Below, piece after piece: positions 36,981 to 45,896 of a stretch of DNA of 64,000 nucleotides. The number at the start of each line of letters is the position of its first letter. Positions within the stretch are counted from its first letter, which is position 1. The notes below the pieces were generated by a model. The model saw nothing but the letters and a program-made list of their open reading frames with translations, was not told where the DNA came from and made no database searches. This stretch comes from an uncultured Actinomycetes bacterium (GTDB lineage: Bacteria; Actinomycetota; UBA4738; HRBIN12), in the NCBI GenBank assembly GCA_963794065.1, contig CAWCDA010000042.1, positions 597 to 64,596 on the forward strand, given 5' to 3'. The translations under genes were made by a program, and so were the position numbers.

Positions 36981-38816
36981 GGTTCCGATCGTGCCGAGCG
37001 GTGCACCGAGCCGCTCCAGCACGAACGCCGTCAACGCGAGCATCGGCGCCCCGAACGCGGCCGAGCCCGCCACGCCGGAGGCCACGTCGCCCAGCGCCCA
37101 CCAGGACCACCCGAGGCCCAGAACGATCAGCAGGAGGAACGTGCGCCAGGTCGCCTCGAGGATCTTGCGCGGCGCGACCGGGGACAGCTCGTCGGGGTTC
37201 GGCGGCAGCGTGCGCGGCGAACCCTCGCTGCTGGCCAGCCACGTGTCCCACCTCGTGAGGCCGGGCGTATCGAGCTCCGCCGGATCCCGGATGTCCTCGC
37301 CGACGACGAAGGTGAGGTGAGGGCCGTCGGGGATGCGATCGAGCGAGGCCGCCGAGGCGATGTCGTAGCGGGGATCGCCGGTCGTGGTTGGAACGCCGGC
37401 GGCCAGGTCGGCCGGCGTGCCGAGGAACACGTAGACGTCGTCCGCGCGCTCGGGCGGCAGCGCGGCGCGTGCGACGTTGGCGGTGTGCGTCAACAGGAAC
37501 AACGCCTCTGATGTGTCCGGGGAATCGGCGACGAACACCAGCGGTGTCCCCGGTTGCGAACGGTCGGTCGCGATCCGGCCGGCGAGCGTCAGGTGCGCGA
37601 CCTCATCCGGGGAGGTGTAGGGGAACTGATCGCGCCAATCGCGTACGGCCGGCGCCACGATCAGGGCGGTCAGGATCAGCCCTATGGGCCACGCCAGCCA
37701 CCAGCGGCCGAGGTACTCGCCAAGGGCTACCAGACCGAAGGCGGCAAGCATCGGCAAGCAGAAAGCAAACATCAGGATCCGGTCCGGCGGGAACCAGCCG
37801 GTGGCGGCCCCGAGCGCCAGGGCGACGGCGCTCACGCCGGCCCACGACAAGAGGAACCGCCGCGCGAATCCGTGGGCCCGGAACGCGCCGGCCACAGCGA
37901 GCGCAGTCGTCATAAACGGGGAGTACCGGCGCCAGTTGACGAGGAAGCGGTCCAGGTAGGAGCGGCGCAGGGCGTGCAGCTGACCGGTCGTCCGCAGGAA
38001 GGCGTCGGTGGAGGTTTCTCCGCCGATCCGGGGATCGCCGACCGTCGCGGCGAGCAAGCCGGCGCCGGCGATCCCGGCGCCGCCAAGCAACGCCACGATG
38101 ACGCGCCCGGCGTCGGAGTTCCAGCGGAACCGGCCCTCGTGGACCCAGGCCCAGGTGCCGGCGGTCGCGAGCACCGCGGCGCCGACCACGAAGAACCCCG
38201 GGTGCGTCAAGGCGCCACCGCCGAGCAGGAGCGCGGCCGCGATCGTGCCGCGGCGAGTTCGGCGCGCCAGCGCCGCGGCGGCCGCGATGAAGGCCGCCGC
38301 GAACACGAGGTTCGACACGTAGCCGCCGCCGAGGAACGTGGCCCAGGCGCCGACCAGGACGCCGGCGGCCAGCCAGCCGCCTCGCGGCAACGTCCGGCCG
38401 CGTCCCCGGGCCAGCGCCGCGGCAGCGAGCCCGATCGCCGGGCCCAGCGCGTACTGGAGGCCGCCGAGGCCCGCGACGAGACCCTGGTCCAGCGCGCCGC
38501 CGACCGTTGCGATCAGCGCCGGCGCGCCGGGACGCTCGCTCGCGAGCGAGATCCCACCGGCGGTCGCCACCCGGGTCCACCAGAGATAGACCGGGACATC
38601 GGGCCCCACCGGGAACGGGTAGGCGTGTCGAAGGGTGGGCCACAGGAACAGACGCAGGAGCGCCGCTCCCAGCACCGCGATGAGCGCGAGATCGGCTGCG
38701 GTTCGCAGGTGGCGGGCGCGGGTGCGCGGGTTGGTCGCGGTGGTGTCCACTCGGGCGGCGACCGTATCACCGACCGCTGTTACCATCGCCGCCATGCTCG
38801 ACCGCGATCTCGTCAC
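36849..38816 (-). CDS. Large polytopic membrane protein of unknown function (possible GT-C/arabinosyl- or mannosyl-transferase-like).
   Basis: 655 aa. More than 12 TM in the N-terminal 400 aa, then a soluble C-terminal domain. Converges on paralog 2 with a 132-nt overlap. Confidence 0.5.
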   Translation of the reverse strand: MTRSRSSMAAMVTAVGDTVAARVDTTATNPRTRARHLRTAADLALIAVLGAALLRLFLWPTLRHAYPFPVGPDVPVYLWWTRVATAGGISLASERPGAPALIATVGGALDQGLVAGLGGLQYALGPAIGLAAAALARGRGRTLPRGGWLAAGVLVGAWATFLGGGYVSNLVFAAAFIAAAAALARRTRRGTIAAALLLGGGALTHPGFFVVGAAVLATAGTWAWVHEGRFRWNSDAGRVIVALLGGAGIAGAGLLAATVGDPRIGGETSTDAFLRTTGQLHALRRSYLDRFLVNWRRYSPFMTTALAVAGAFRAHGFARRFLLSWAGVSAVALALGAATGWFPPDRILMFAFCLPMLAAFGLVALGEYLGRWWLAWPIGLILTALIVAPAVRDWRDQFPYTSPDEVAHLTLAGRIATDRSQPGTPLVFVADSPDTSEALFLLTHTANVARAALPPERADDVYVFLGTPADLAAGVPTTTGDPRYDIASAASLDRIPDGPHLTFVVGEDIRDPAELDTPGLTRWDTWLASSEGSPRTLPPNPDELSPVAPRKILEATWRTFLLLIVLGLGWSWWALGDVASGVAGSAAFGAPMLALTAFVLERLGAPLGTIGTSTLACALAGGCGYALLAARLIGQRRRGLLDPDLVLEERPVVDP

Positions 38817-40179
38817 CGACGTGCTCGCCGCCGCCCGCCGTCACGGCGGCGACTTCGCAGAGGTCTTCGTGGAGGAGCGATCCTCGACGTCGGTCCGGCT
38901 CGACGACGGGCGGGTCGAGGAGCTCACGACGGGCCTCGATCGCGGCGCCGGCGTCCGCGTGTGCCGCGGCACGACGTACGGCTACGCGTACTCCAACCGA
39001 CTCGACCGCGCCTCGCTGCTCGAGGCCGCGGCAGCGGCGAGCGCGGCGCTCGCGAGCGAGACGCCGGGCCAGGTGGTCGACCTGACCGAGCGGACCGGCC
39101 CCGGCACCAACAAGGCCGAGCGGCCCGCCGCCGAGGTCGACGCGGCGACCAAGGTCGGGTGGCTCCGGGAGGTCGACGAGGTGGCGCGTGGCGTGAGCCC
39201 AGAGGTCGCACAGGTGACCGGGGTCTACTTCGACTCGTTGCAGCGGCGGCTGATCGCGACGAGCGACGGCCGCTGGGTACAGGAGGACCGCCCGCGCATC
39301 CGTCTGTTCGCCCAGGTGGTGGCGAAGCGCGGCGAGGTGATCCAGACCGGTTGGCACGGGCCGGCCGCGTGTGCGGGCGTGGAATTCCTCGATCAACACA
39401 CGCCAAGCGAGACCGGGCGCCAAGCCGCCTCACGCGCCGTCACCATGCTCGACTCGATCCCGGCGCCCGCCGGCGAGATGGCGGTTGTGGTGGCCAACGG
39501 CTGCGGCGGGGTCCTGTTCCACGAGGCGGTCGGCCACCCGCTCGAAGCCGACGCGGTCGACAAGGAGGCCAGCGTGTACCGCGAGCTGGTGGGCCAGCAG
39601 TGCTCGAGCTCGCTGATCAACGGGGTCGACGACGCGACGATCGCCAACGGCTGGGGCAGCTATGACTTCGACGACGAGGGCACGCCCTCGCAGCGCACGG
39701 TGCTGTTCACCGACGGCGTGTTGCAGGGGTTCCTCCAGGACCGCATGCGCGCCTCGAAGATGGGCGTGGAGCCCACGGGCAACGCGCGACGCGAGTCCTA
39801 CGCCCACCCCCCCGTCGTGCGCATGACCAACACGAACATCCTGCCGGGTGCAACCGACCCCGCCGAAATCATCCGAGGCACCGACGGGGGCATCTACGTG
39901 CGGGGTCTCGGGGGCGGCCAAGTGAATCCAGCCACCGGTGACTTCGTGTTCGGCGTTTCGGAGGGGTATCTGATCGAGCACGGCGAGGTCACCACACCCG
40001 TACGCGGTGCGAACCTGATCGGCCGTGCGATCGACGTGATGTCCGCCGTCGACGCCGTGGGCTCGGACTTCGAGACCTGGGAGGGCGTCTGCGGCAAGGA
40101 CGGACAGAGCGCGCCCGTCGGCAGCGGCTCGCCCACGGTGCGTATCTCGAGGATCACCGTGGGAGGCACCGGTGTCTGA
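38794..40179 (+). CDS. tldD: TldD metalloprotease (TldD/PmbA family).
   Basis: ATG 38794. HEAVGHPLEAD motif. C-terminal GGGQVNPATGDF. 461 aa. Confidence 0.85.
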   Translation: MLDRDLVTDVLAAARRHGGDFAEVFVEERSSTSVRLDDGRVEELTTGLDRGAGVRVCRGTTYGYAYSNRLDRASLLEAAAAASAALASETPGQVVDLTERTGPGTNKAERPAAEVDAATKVGWLREVDEVARGVSPEVAQVTGVYFDSLQRRLIATSDGRWVQEDRPRIRLFAQVVAKRGEVIQTGWHGPAACAGVEFLDQHTPSETGRQAASRAVTMLDSIPAPAGEMAVVVANGCGGVLFHEAVGHPLEADAVDKEASVYRELVGQQCSSSLINGVDDATIANGWGSYDFDDEGTPSQRTVLFTDGVLQGFLQDRMRASKMGVEPTGNARRESYAHPPVVRMTNTNILPGATDPAEIIRGTDGGIYVRGLGGGQVNPATGDFVFGVSEGYLIEHGEVTTPVRGANLIGRAIDVMSAVDAVGSDFETWEGVCGKDGQSAPVGSGSPTVRISRITVGGTGV

Positions 40180-41518
40180 TCTGCGCGCGTTGGCGCGGGT
40201 CGCGATCTCGGCGGCAACCACCGGCGAGCAGGTCGAGGCCTATGCGGAGGAGGAGCGCCAGACCGAGGTCAGCGCCCACCGGGGCGAGGTTGAGGGCATG
40301 ACCTTCGCGGAGTCGCGCGGGGTCGGTGTTCGCGTGATCCGCGAGGGACGGCTCGGCTACGCCTGGGCCGCGGACCCGTCCGAGGAGGAAGCCCGAGACG
40401 CCGTCGCGCGCGCCCGCGCGAACGCCGCGCTGGCCGAGCCCGATTCGTCCAACGGCTTGCCGGGCGCCGGCGACATCGAGCCGATGCCGGAGCTGTTCCG
40501 CGAGGCGAGCGCCGCGATCAGCGTCGACGACAAGGTGGCGATGGCGCTCGAGCTCGAGCGCTACACGGTCTCACGCGACCCGCGCGTGACGAAGCTCGAT
40601 CTGGCCCAGGTCGGCGACGCGGTGTCCCGCGTCGCGATCGCGACCACCGAGGGCCTCGATCTCGAGTACGCCCGCACCGACGCGTGGGTCGTCGCGGTCA
40701 CCTTGGCGGTGGCCGGCGACGAGACGCAGACGGGGTTCTCGTTCACGATCACCCGCGGGCTTGACGATCTCGCCTGGCAGCCGGTCGCCGATGAGGCGGT
40801 CGATCGCGCCGTGCAGATGCTCGGCGCGGAGAAGCCCTCGACCGCGAAGATGCCGGTGATCCTCGATCCGTTCGCGGCCTCGAACTTCTTGGGCGTGCTC
40901 GCCGGGGCGTTGAACGCCGACAACGTCTTGAAGGGACGGTCGTTGTTCGCCGACATGGTCGGCCAGCAGGTCGGGTCGTCGGCGTTCACCCTCGTCGATG
41001 ACGGTCGTCGTGCCGATGGGCCGGGCGCCTGCCCGTTCGACGGTGAGGGGGTGCCCTCCGGCAGGACCGAGCTGTTCACCCGCGGCGTCTTGAACGGGTT
41101 CCTCCATTCCACCTACACGGCCCGTCGAGCCGGCGGTGGGCAGCGTTCGACGGGCAACGCGAAGCGTGGTGGCTACAAGGCGACGCCGGGCGTCGGCACC
41201 TCGAACTTCTACCTCGAGGCGGGTGACCGGTCCTTCGACGCGTTGCTCGCCGACGCGGGCGGCGGCGTGCTGATCATGGACGTGTCCGGCGTGCATTCGG
41301 GGGCCAATCCGATCAGCGGCGAATTCAGCGTGGGCGCCACCGGTCGTCGGATCGCCGCGGACGGCACGCTGGCCGAGCCGCTCCGCGAGATGACGATCGC
41401 ATCGACCCTGCCGGAGATGCTCCTCGGCGTCGGCGCGGTCGGCAGCGATCTGCGGTTCTTCTCCAGCGTGGGGACCCCGTCGATCTTGATCAGCGAGATG
41501 ACGCTCGCCGGCGTGTGA
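40172..41518 (+). CDS. pmbA: PmbA/TldE metalloprotease partner.
   Basis: 448 aa. TldD/PmbA family without the HExxxH motif. Overlaps tldD by 8 nt. Confidence 0.8.
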   Translation: MSDLRALARVAISAATTGEQVEAYAEEERQTEVSAHRGEVEGMTFAESRGVGVRVIREGRLGYAWAADPSEEEARDAVARARANAALAEPDSSNGLPGAGDIEPMPELFREASAAISVDDKVAMALELERYTVSRDPRVTKLDLAQVGDAVSRVAIATTEGLDLEYARTDAWVVAVTLAVAGDETQTGFSFTITRGLDDLAWQPVADEAVDRAVQMLGAEKPSTAKMPVILDPFAASNFLGVLAGALNADNVLKGRSLFADMVGQQVGSSAFTLVDDGRRADGPGACPFDGEGVPSGRTELFTRGVLNGFLHSTYTARRAGGGQRSTGNAKRGGYKATPGVGTSNFYLEAGDRSFDALLADAGGGVLIMDVSGVHSGANPISGEFSVGATGRRIAADGTLAEPLREMTIASTLPEMLLGVGAVGSDLRFFSSVGTPSILISEMTLAGV

Positions 41519-42030
41519 TGCCGGCGGTGCGCATCGCCGAGGTCGGCGCGGATCGCCTCCCCGACATCGAGCATCTGACCCGCGCCCTGCACGAGCATCA
41601 CCGAACGGTCGACCCCGGTATCCCAGGGATACCGCCGCGTGATGTCGACACCTGGTGGACGATCCGTCGCGAACGCTACACGGCCTGGCTGCGCGAGCCC
41701 GACGCCTTCGTGCTGCTCGCCGAGGAGGACGGTGCGGATCTCCCCGTCGGCTACGCGCTCGTGTCGTTCCACGATCGCGACGATTCGCACACGACCGGCG
41801 ACCGCCTCGCGGAGCTGCAGTCCTTGGTGGTGGCGCCCGAACGCCGCGGCGGCGGGCTCGGCACCGACCTGCTCCACGAGGTGTATCGCCGGGTGCGCGA
41901 GCGCGGGGTGGAGGAGATGGTGATCGGCGTGCTTGCGACCAACGAGCCGGCGAGGCGCCTCTACGAGCGCGAGGGCTTCCGACCCTGGGTGATCCTCACG
42001 ATGGGCAAGGTGCCCGACCCCGACGCCTAG
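41515..42030 (+). CDS. GNAT family N-acetyltransferase.
   Basis: 171 aa. Acetyl-CoA-binding motif RRGGGLGTDLL. Coupled start/stop with pmbA. Confidence 0.75.
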   Translation: MMPAVRIAEVGADRLPDIEHLTRALHEHHRTVDPGIPGIPPRDVDTWWTIRRERYTAWLREPDAFVLLAEEDGADLPVGYALVSFHDRDDSHTTGDRLAELQSLVVAPERRGGGLGTDLLHEVYRRVRERGVEEMVIGVLATNEPARRLYEREGFRPWVILTMGKVPDPDA

Positions 42031-42866
42031 ATCGTTGCGGACCGGACGTTACCGGCGACCAGTGCGATCACGAGCGCTGCCACAGCCAGGCGGTAGAGCA
42101 TGAACACCAGGAAGTCGTGCCGTCGCAGGTATCGCAGCAGGAACCAGATCACGAGGAATCCGCTGACCGCGGCGGCGATGAACCCGGCGAGGAACTGCGC
42201 GCCATAGCCCTGGAATCCCGTCTGCGCGACATCGATGCCCTTGAACAGGCCGGCGCCGGCGATGATCGGCAATGCCATGAGGAACGAGAATCGTGCGGCC
42301 GTGGCGCGATCCAAACCGATCAACCGTCCCGCGGTGATCGTGATCCCGGAGCGCGAGACCCCGGGCTGCAGCGCGAGGGCCTGTGCTGTCCCGATGTACA
42401 AGCCGGTCCGCGGGCGGATCGATTCCAGCCCCCGGTCCTGGCGGGCGACGCGGTCCACGATGTAGAGCACGACCCCCATCACGGCGAGCATGACCGCGAT
42501 CAGGACCGGTTGCCCGAGCTTGTCCTCGATCAGAGACTCCAATGTCGCGCCCGCGATCATGCCTGGGATCGTCCCGACGACGATCGCCCACGCGAGACGC
42601 TCGTCGGTGGTTCGGATCGCGCGCGCACGACAGGACGCCACGAACGCCTTCAGATAGGACCAGAGGTCGGTCCGGAAATAGATCACGGCGCCGACGAAGG
42701 TGCCCATGTGCAGCGCCACGTCGAACGTCTTGTTCAGCGCGGGATCGTTCACGATGTCCCAGCCGAGGGCCCATGGCACCAGGATCAAGTGGCCGCTGCT
42801 CGAGACAGGCGCGAACTCGGTGATCCCCTGGACGATGCCCAGGATGATGGCCTGCAGGATGGTCAC
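42027..42866 (-). CDS. uppP: Undecaprenyl-diphosphate phosphatase.
   Basis: GTG 42866 (VTILQAIILGIVQGITEFAPVSSSGHL...). Second motif PGVSRSGITI. 279 aa. Upstream part of ORF 42027..43571 is junk. Confidence 0.85.
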   Translation of the reverse strand: MTILQAIILGIVQGITEFAPVSSSGHLILVPWALGWDIVNDPALNKTFDVALHMGTFVGAVIYFRTDLWSYLKAFVASCRARAIRTTDERLAWAIVVGTIPGMIAGATLESLIEDKLGQPVLIAVMLAVMGVVLYIVDRVARQDRGLESIRPRTGLYIGTAQALALQPGVSRSGITITAGRLIGLDRATAARFSFLMALPIIAGAGLFKGIDVAQTGFQGYGAQFLAGFIAAAVSGFLVIWFLLRYLRRHDFLVFMLYRLAVAALVIALVAGNVRSATI

Positions 42867-42877
42867 GGACCGCGAGT

Positions 42878-43585
42878 CTACCCGGGGGCCATCGCGATCC
42901 CCGGTGTGGGCGACGCACTCACGGATGGTGTTCCTGTGACCGGCGCACGTGCGGCGAGACCAAGCGTCGCGGTCGCGGCCGCCTGCAACAGCAGACGAGC
43001 GGTCTCGGGGTCGACGTCCAAAGTGACCGGGGTCGCGTCGGGTCCGTCGAACGCCGCGTCGGTGGGGGCGATCGACAGCACGTGGAGACCCTCGCCCACG
43101 ACGGTCGTGTACGGCCGCGCGCCGGCGTAGGTGGCGAACGCGTCCACCCGGTCTGCCGTCGACAGGCCGACGGGCACCGAGGCGAAGGCAACCGTGACGA
43201 CGACGTTGCCCGGTGCCACGCTCGGAGCGAAGGCACTGGTGGCCAGGCGGGTCTTTACAAGCACCTCGCCAGCCGACACGGGACCGTCGAGGACGAGCCC
43301 GATCGCATCGTCGCGAGACATGACGGCCTCGGGCGGGGCGTAGACCCGCGGTACCTCGATCGACCGCAGGTCGGCGGCCGCCAGGGTCGAGCCCGCGACG
43401 AGGTCGCGCGCGGCGGCCACGACACCGATCCGAGGGCCCGTCGCCGCCTGCGCGTTCGCCCCCCGTTCGACCTCCGACCGCACCACGAGGAACGACGACA
43501 GCGCGAGCACACCGGCAAGGCCGAACAGCACCTTCGACGCCATCGGAAGCTTGCGACGGAACGACGGCCAACGCATGAGAGCCAC
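42878..43585 (-). CDS. SAF-domain protein (CpaB/RcpC-like), membrane-anchored.
   Basis: N-terminal TM (VLFGLAGVLALSSFLVV). SAF-like beta-rich region (IEVPRVYAPPEAVMSRDDAIGLVLDGPVSAGEVLV). Confidence 0.5.
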   Translation of the reverse strand: MALMRWPSFRRKLPMASKVLFGLAGVLALSSFLVVRSEVERGANAQAATGPRIGVVAAARDLVAGSTLAAADLRSIEVPRVYAPPEAVMSRDDAIGLVLDGPVSAGEVLVKTRLATSAFAPSVAPGNVVVTVAFASVPVGLSTADRVDAFATYAGARPYTTVVGEGLHVLSIAPTDAAFDGPDATPVTLDVDPETARLLLQAAATATLGLAARAPVTGTPSVSASPTPGIAMAPG

Positions 43586-43626
43586 GCTAGGCGCGGTCGC
43601 CGCGCATCACCGTGATGGATCGCACA

Positions 43627-43809
43627 TCAGTCGACCGAACGCAGGTGCTCTTTCTTGGTCGCGTCCAGCGACATGGTGCGGATCCGGAACTCGTCGAGGG
43701 CTTCGCGCCCGACGATCGACGCCGTGGCCTCGCGGATCCGGTCGCCGAGCTGTTCCGGATCTTCCTCGGTCACGAACGACAGCTCCACGCGGACGAGTTG
43801 CCGGCTCAT
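43627..43809 (-). CDS. Small (60 aa) protein translationally coupled to mtnP, function unknown.
   Basis: The ATG at 43809 overlaps the mtnP TGA (TGATG). MSRQLVRVELSFVTEEDPEQLGDRIREATASIVG... has high GC3 and real-protein composition. Confidence 0.45.
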   Translation of the reverse strand: MSRQLVRVELSFVTEEDPEQLGDRIREATASIVGREALDEFRIRTMSLDATKKEHLRSVD

Positions 43810-44594
43810 CAGTGGCTTCCCGAGAGCGCCTGACCGCAGGTGCATCCGCGCTCGCCCGGCACCGTTGGGATCGTCGAAAACAACAGGTTGCGCAGCGCCT
43901 CGATGTTCTCGCCGAACACCTTCAGCACCTCGTGGTGCGAGACCGGCGCGATGCCGTCCACGCCCACGTCGTAGTCGGTCACCAACGCCACGTTCGCGAA
44001 GCACAGCTCGGCCTCGCGCGCGAGGGTCACCTCCGGGAACTGCGTCATGCCGATCACGTCCCCGCCGACCTGGGTGAACATCTTGGACTCGGCGCGCGTC
44101 GAGAAGCGCGGACCCTCGATCACCACCATGGTGCCGCCGTCTCGATGTTCGATGCCGAGCGTGGCCGCCGACGAAACCAACGCGTGACGCAACTCTGGGC
44201 AGTACGGGTCCGCGAACGACACGTGTGTCGTCACCGGCCCGTCGAAAAACGTGTAGGGGCGGGTCTTCGTGAAGTCGATCGCCTGGTCCGACACGACGAA
44301 GGTCTTCGGTGGGATGTCGCGACGCAACGATCCGGCCGCGCTCGGCCCGAACAGCCTCGTCACGCCCAGCTCCTTCATCGCCCAGACGTTCGCGCGATAC
44401 GGCACCAGGTGTGGCGGGAACTCGTGGTCGGTGCCGTGGCGCGGGATGAACGCGACGCGACGGCCGCCGACCGTGCCGATCGTCACCGGCGCGCTGGGCG
44501 CCCCATACGGCGTCTCGACCGTGACCTCTTCCGGGTCCTCCAGGAAGGCGTAGAAGCCGGATCCTCCGAACACTCCGATCTCGGCGCTGCTCAC
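43809..44594 (-). CDS. mtnP: S-methyl-5'-thioadenosine phosphorylase (PNP/MTAP family).
   Basis: GTG 44594 preceded by AAGGAGGAGGG. IGVFGGSGFY start. PRHGTDHEFPPHLVPYRANVWA. C-terminal GCTCG. 261 aa. Confidence 0.85.
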   Translation of the reverse strand: MSSAEIGVFGGSGFYAFLEDPEEVTVETPYGAPSAPVTIGTVGGRRVAFIPRHGTDHEFPPHLVPYRANVWAMKELGVTRLFGPSAAGSLRRDIPPKTFVVSDQAIDFTKTRPYTFFDGPVTTHVSFADPYCPELRHALVSSAATLGIEHRDGGTMVVIEGPRFSTRAESKMFTQVGGDVIGMTQFPEVTLAREAELCFANVALVTDYDVGVDGIAPVSHHEVLKVFGENIEALRNLLFSTIPTVPGERGCTCGQALSGSH

Positions 44595-44953
44595 GACGAT
44601 CCCTCCTCCTTCGTGCTCCGCGACGACGAGGATCCCGACGAGGAGGAGCCCGACGACGATGACGAGCCCGACGACGATGACCCCGATGAGGACGAGTCCT
44701 CGCTCTTGGCGGTGTCGCTCTTCTTCGTGTCTGAGCCTTCCTTCTTGTCGGCACCCGCCGGCGGCTTCTTGCCCTTCGAGCCGTGGTCCGTCGCGTAGAA
44801 CCCCGAGCCCTTGAACGAGATGGCCGGAGCGGTGAAGACCTTCCGGAGCGGGCCGCCGCATTCGGGGCAATGCGTCAGGGGGTCGTCGCTCATCTTCTGC
44901 ACGATGTCGAAGGAATGGCCGCAGTCGCGACAGCGGTACTCGTAGGTTGGCAT
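44591..44953 (-). CDS. FmdB-family zinc-ribbon protein with a C-terminal Ser/Gly-rich low-complexity tail.
   Basis: MPTYEYRCRDCGHSFD...HCPECGG zinc ribbon. The tail SSSSGSSSSGSSSSSGSSSSGSSSS is encoded by imperfect GAC/GAT-rich tandem repeats (44620-44700). Confidence 0.75.
   Translation of the reverse strand: MPTYEYRCRDCGHSFDIVQKMSDDPLTHCPECGGPLRKVFTAPAISFKGSGFYATDHGSKGKKPPAGADKKEGSDTKKSDTAKSEDSSSSGSSSSGSSSSSGSSSSGSSSSRSTKEEGSS
44620..44700. repeat. Imperfect tandem GAC/GAT/GAG-rich short repeats encoding the Ser/Gly tail of the FmdB-like protein.
   Basis: cgacgacgaggatcccgacgaggaggagcccgacgacgatgacgagcccgacgacgatgaccccgatgaggacgag shows about 15-nt periodicity. Confidence 0.5.
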
Positions 44954-44997
44954 GGCCGGGCAAGTGTACCGGCGGCCTCCGGCTAGACTCCGCCCTC

Positions 44998-45858
44998 ATG
45001 ACCGTGCGCACCGGGGTGATCCCCGCGGCGGGGCTGGGGACGCGGTTCCTGCCCGCCACGAAGGCACAACCCAAGGGCCTGCTGCCGGTCGTGGATGTGC
45101 CCGCCATCCAGCTCGTCGTCGAGGAGGCCCTCGCGAGCGGTCTCGACGACGTCGTCGTGGTGCTCGGCCCCGGACAGGATGCGCTGCGTGAGCACTTCGC
45201 ACACGATCCGTCCCTCGAGGCCGAGCTGGAGGCTCGGGGGAAGTCGGAGGCGCTTGCCGCCGTCCGCCGGGCGACGATCCCCCAGGTGCGCTTCGCACAA
45301 CAAGACGAAGCGCTCGGGCTCGGGCACGCGGTGGCGGTGGCCGAGCCGTTCGTCGGCGACGCCCCCTTCGCGGTCCTGCTCGGCGACGATCTGATCGACC
45401 CTGCGGTGCCGCTCCTGCGCGACATGATCGCCGCCAACGGGCGCACCGGTGCCTCCGTGATCGCCGCGATGCACGTGGGACCGCGCGAGATCGCGATGTA
45501 CGGCTGCGTCGGCCCCGGGGAGGCCGACGGTGAACTGGTGCGCATCCTCTCGATCGTCGAGAAGCCCGATCCCGGCGACGCGCCCTCGGACCTGGCGGTG
45601 ATCGGCCGGTACGTGCTCACGCCACGGATCTTCGACGCCTTGCGACGAACGACGCCGGGGGCGGGCGGGGAGATCCAGTTGACCGACGCGATCGGGCTGC
45701 TCGCTGCCGAAGAACGGGTGTTCGCGCTGCCGTTCGCGGGCGGGCGCTACGACGTCGGCAATCCGCTCGATGCCATGAAAGCGCAGGTCGAGCTCGCCTT
45801 GGCGCGCGATGACATCGGCCCGGCCCTTCGACCCTGGCTCGCCGCCCTGCTCGGCTAG
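44998..45858 (+). CDS. galU: UTP--glucose-1-phosphate uridylyltransferase.
   Basis: ATG 44998 (MTVRTGVIPAAGLGTRFLPATKAQPKGLLPV). Nucleotidyltransferase fold. 286 aa. Confidence 0.85.
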   Translation: MTVRTGVIPAAGLGTRFLPATKAQPKGLLPVVDVPAIQLVVEEALASGLDDVVVVLGPGQDALREHFAHDPSLEAELEARGKSEALAAVRRATIPQVRFAQQDEALGLGHAVAVAEPFVGDAPFAVLLGDDLIDPAVPLLRDMIAANGRTGASVIAAMHVGPREIAMYGCVGPGEADGELVRILSIVEKPDPGDAPSDLAVIGRYVLTPRIFDALRRTTPGAGGEIQLTDAIGLLAAEERVFALPFAGGRYDVGNPLDAMKAQVELALARDDIGPALRPWLAALLG

Positions 45859-45896
45859 CCGCCGGTCGGGATCGAGTGGCCCGATAGACTGAACGC

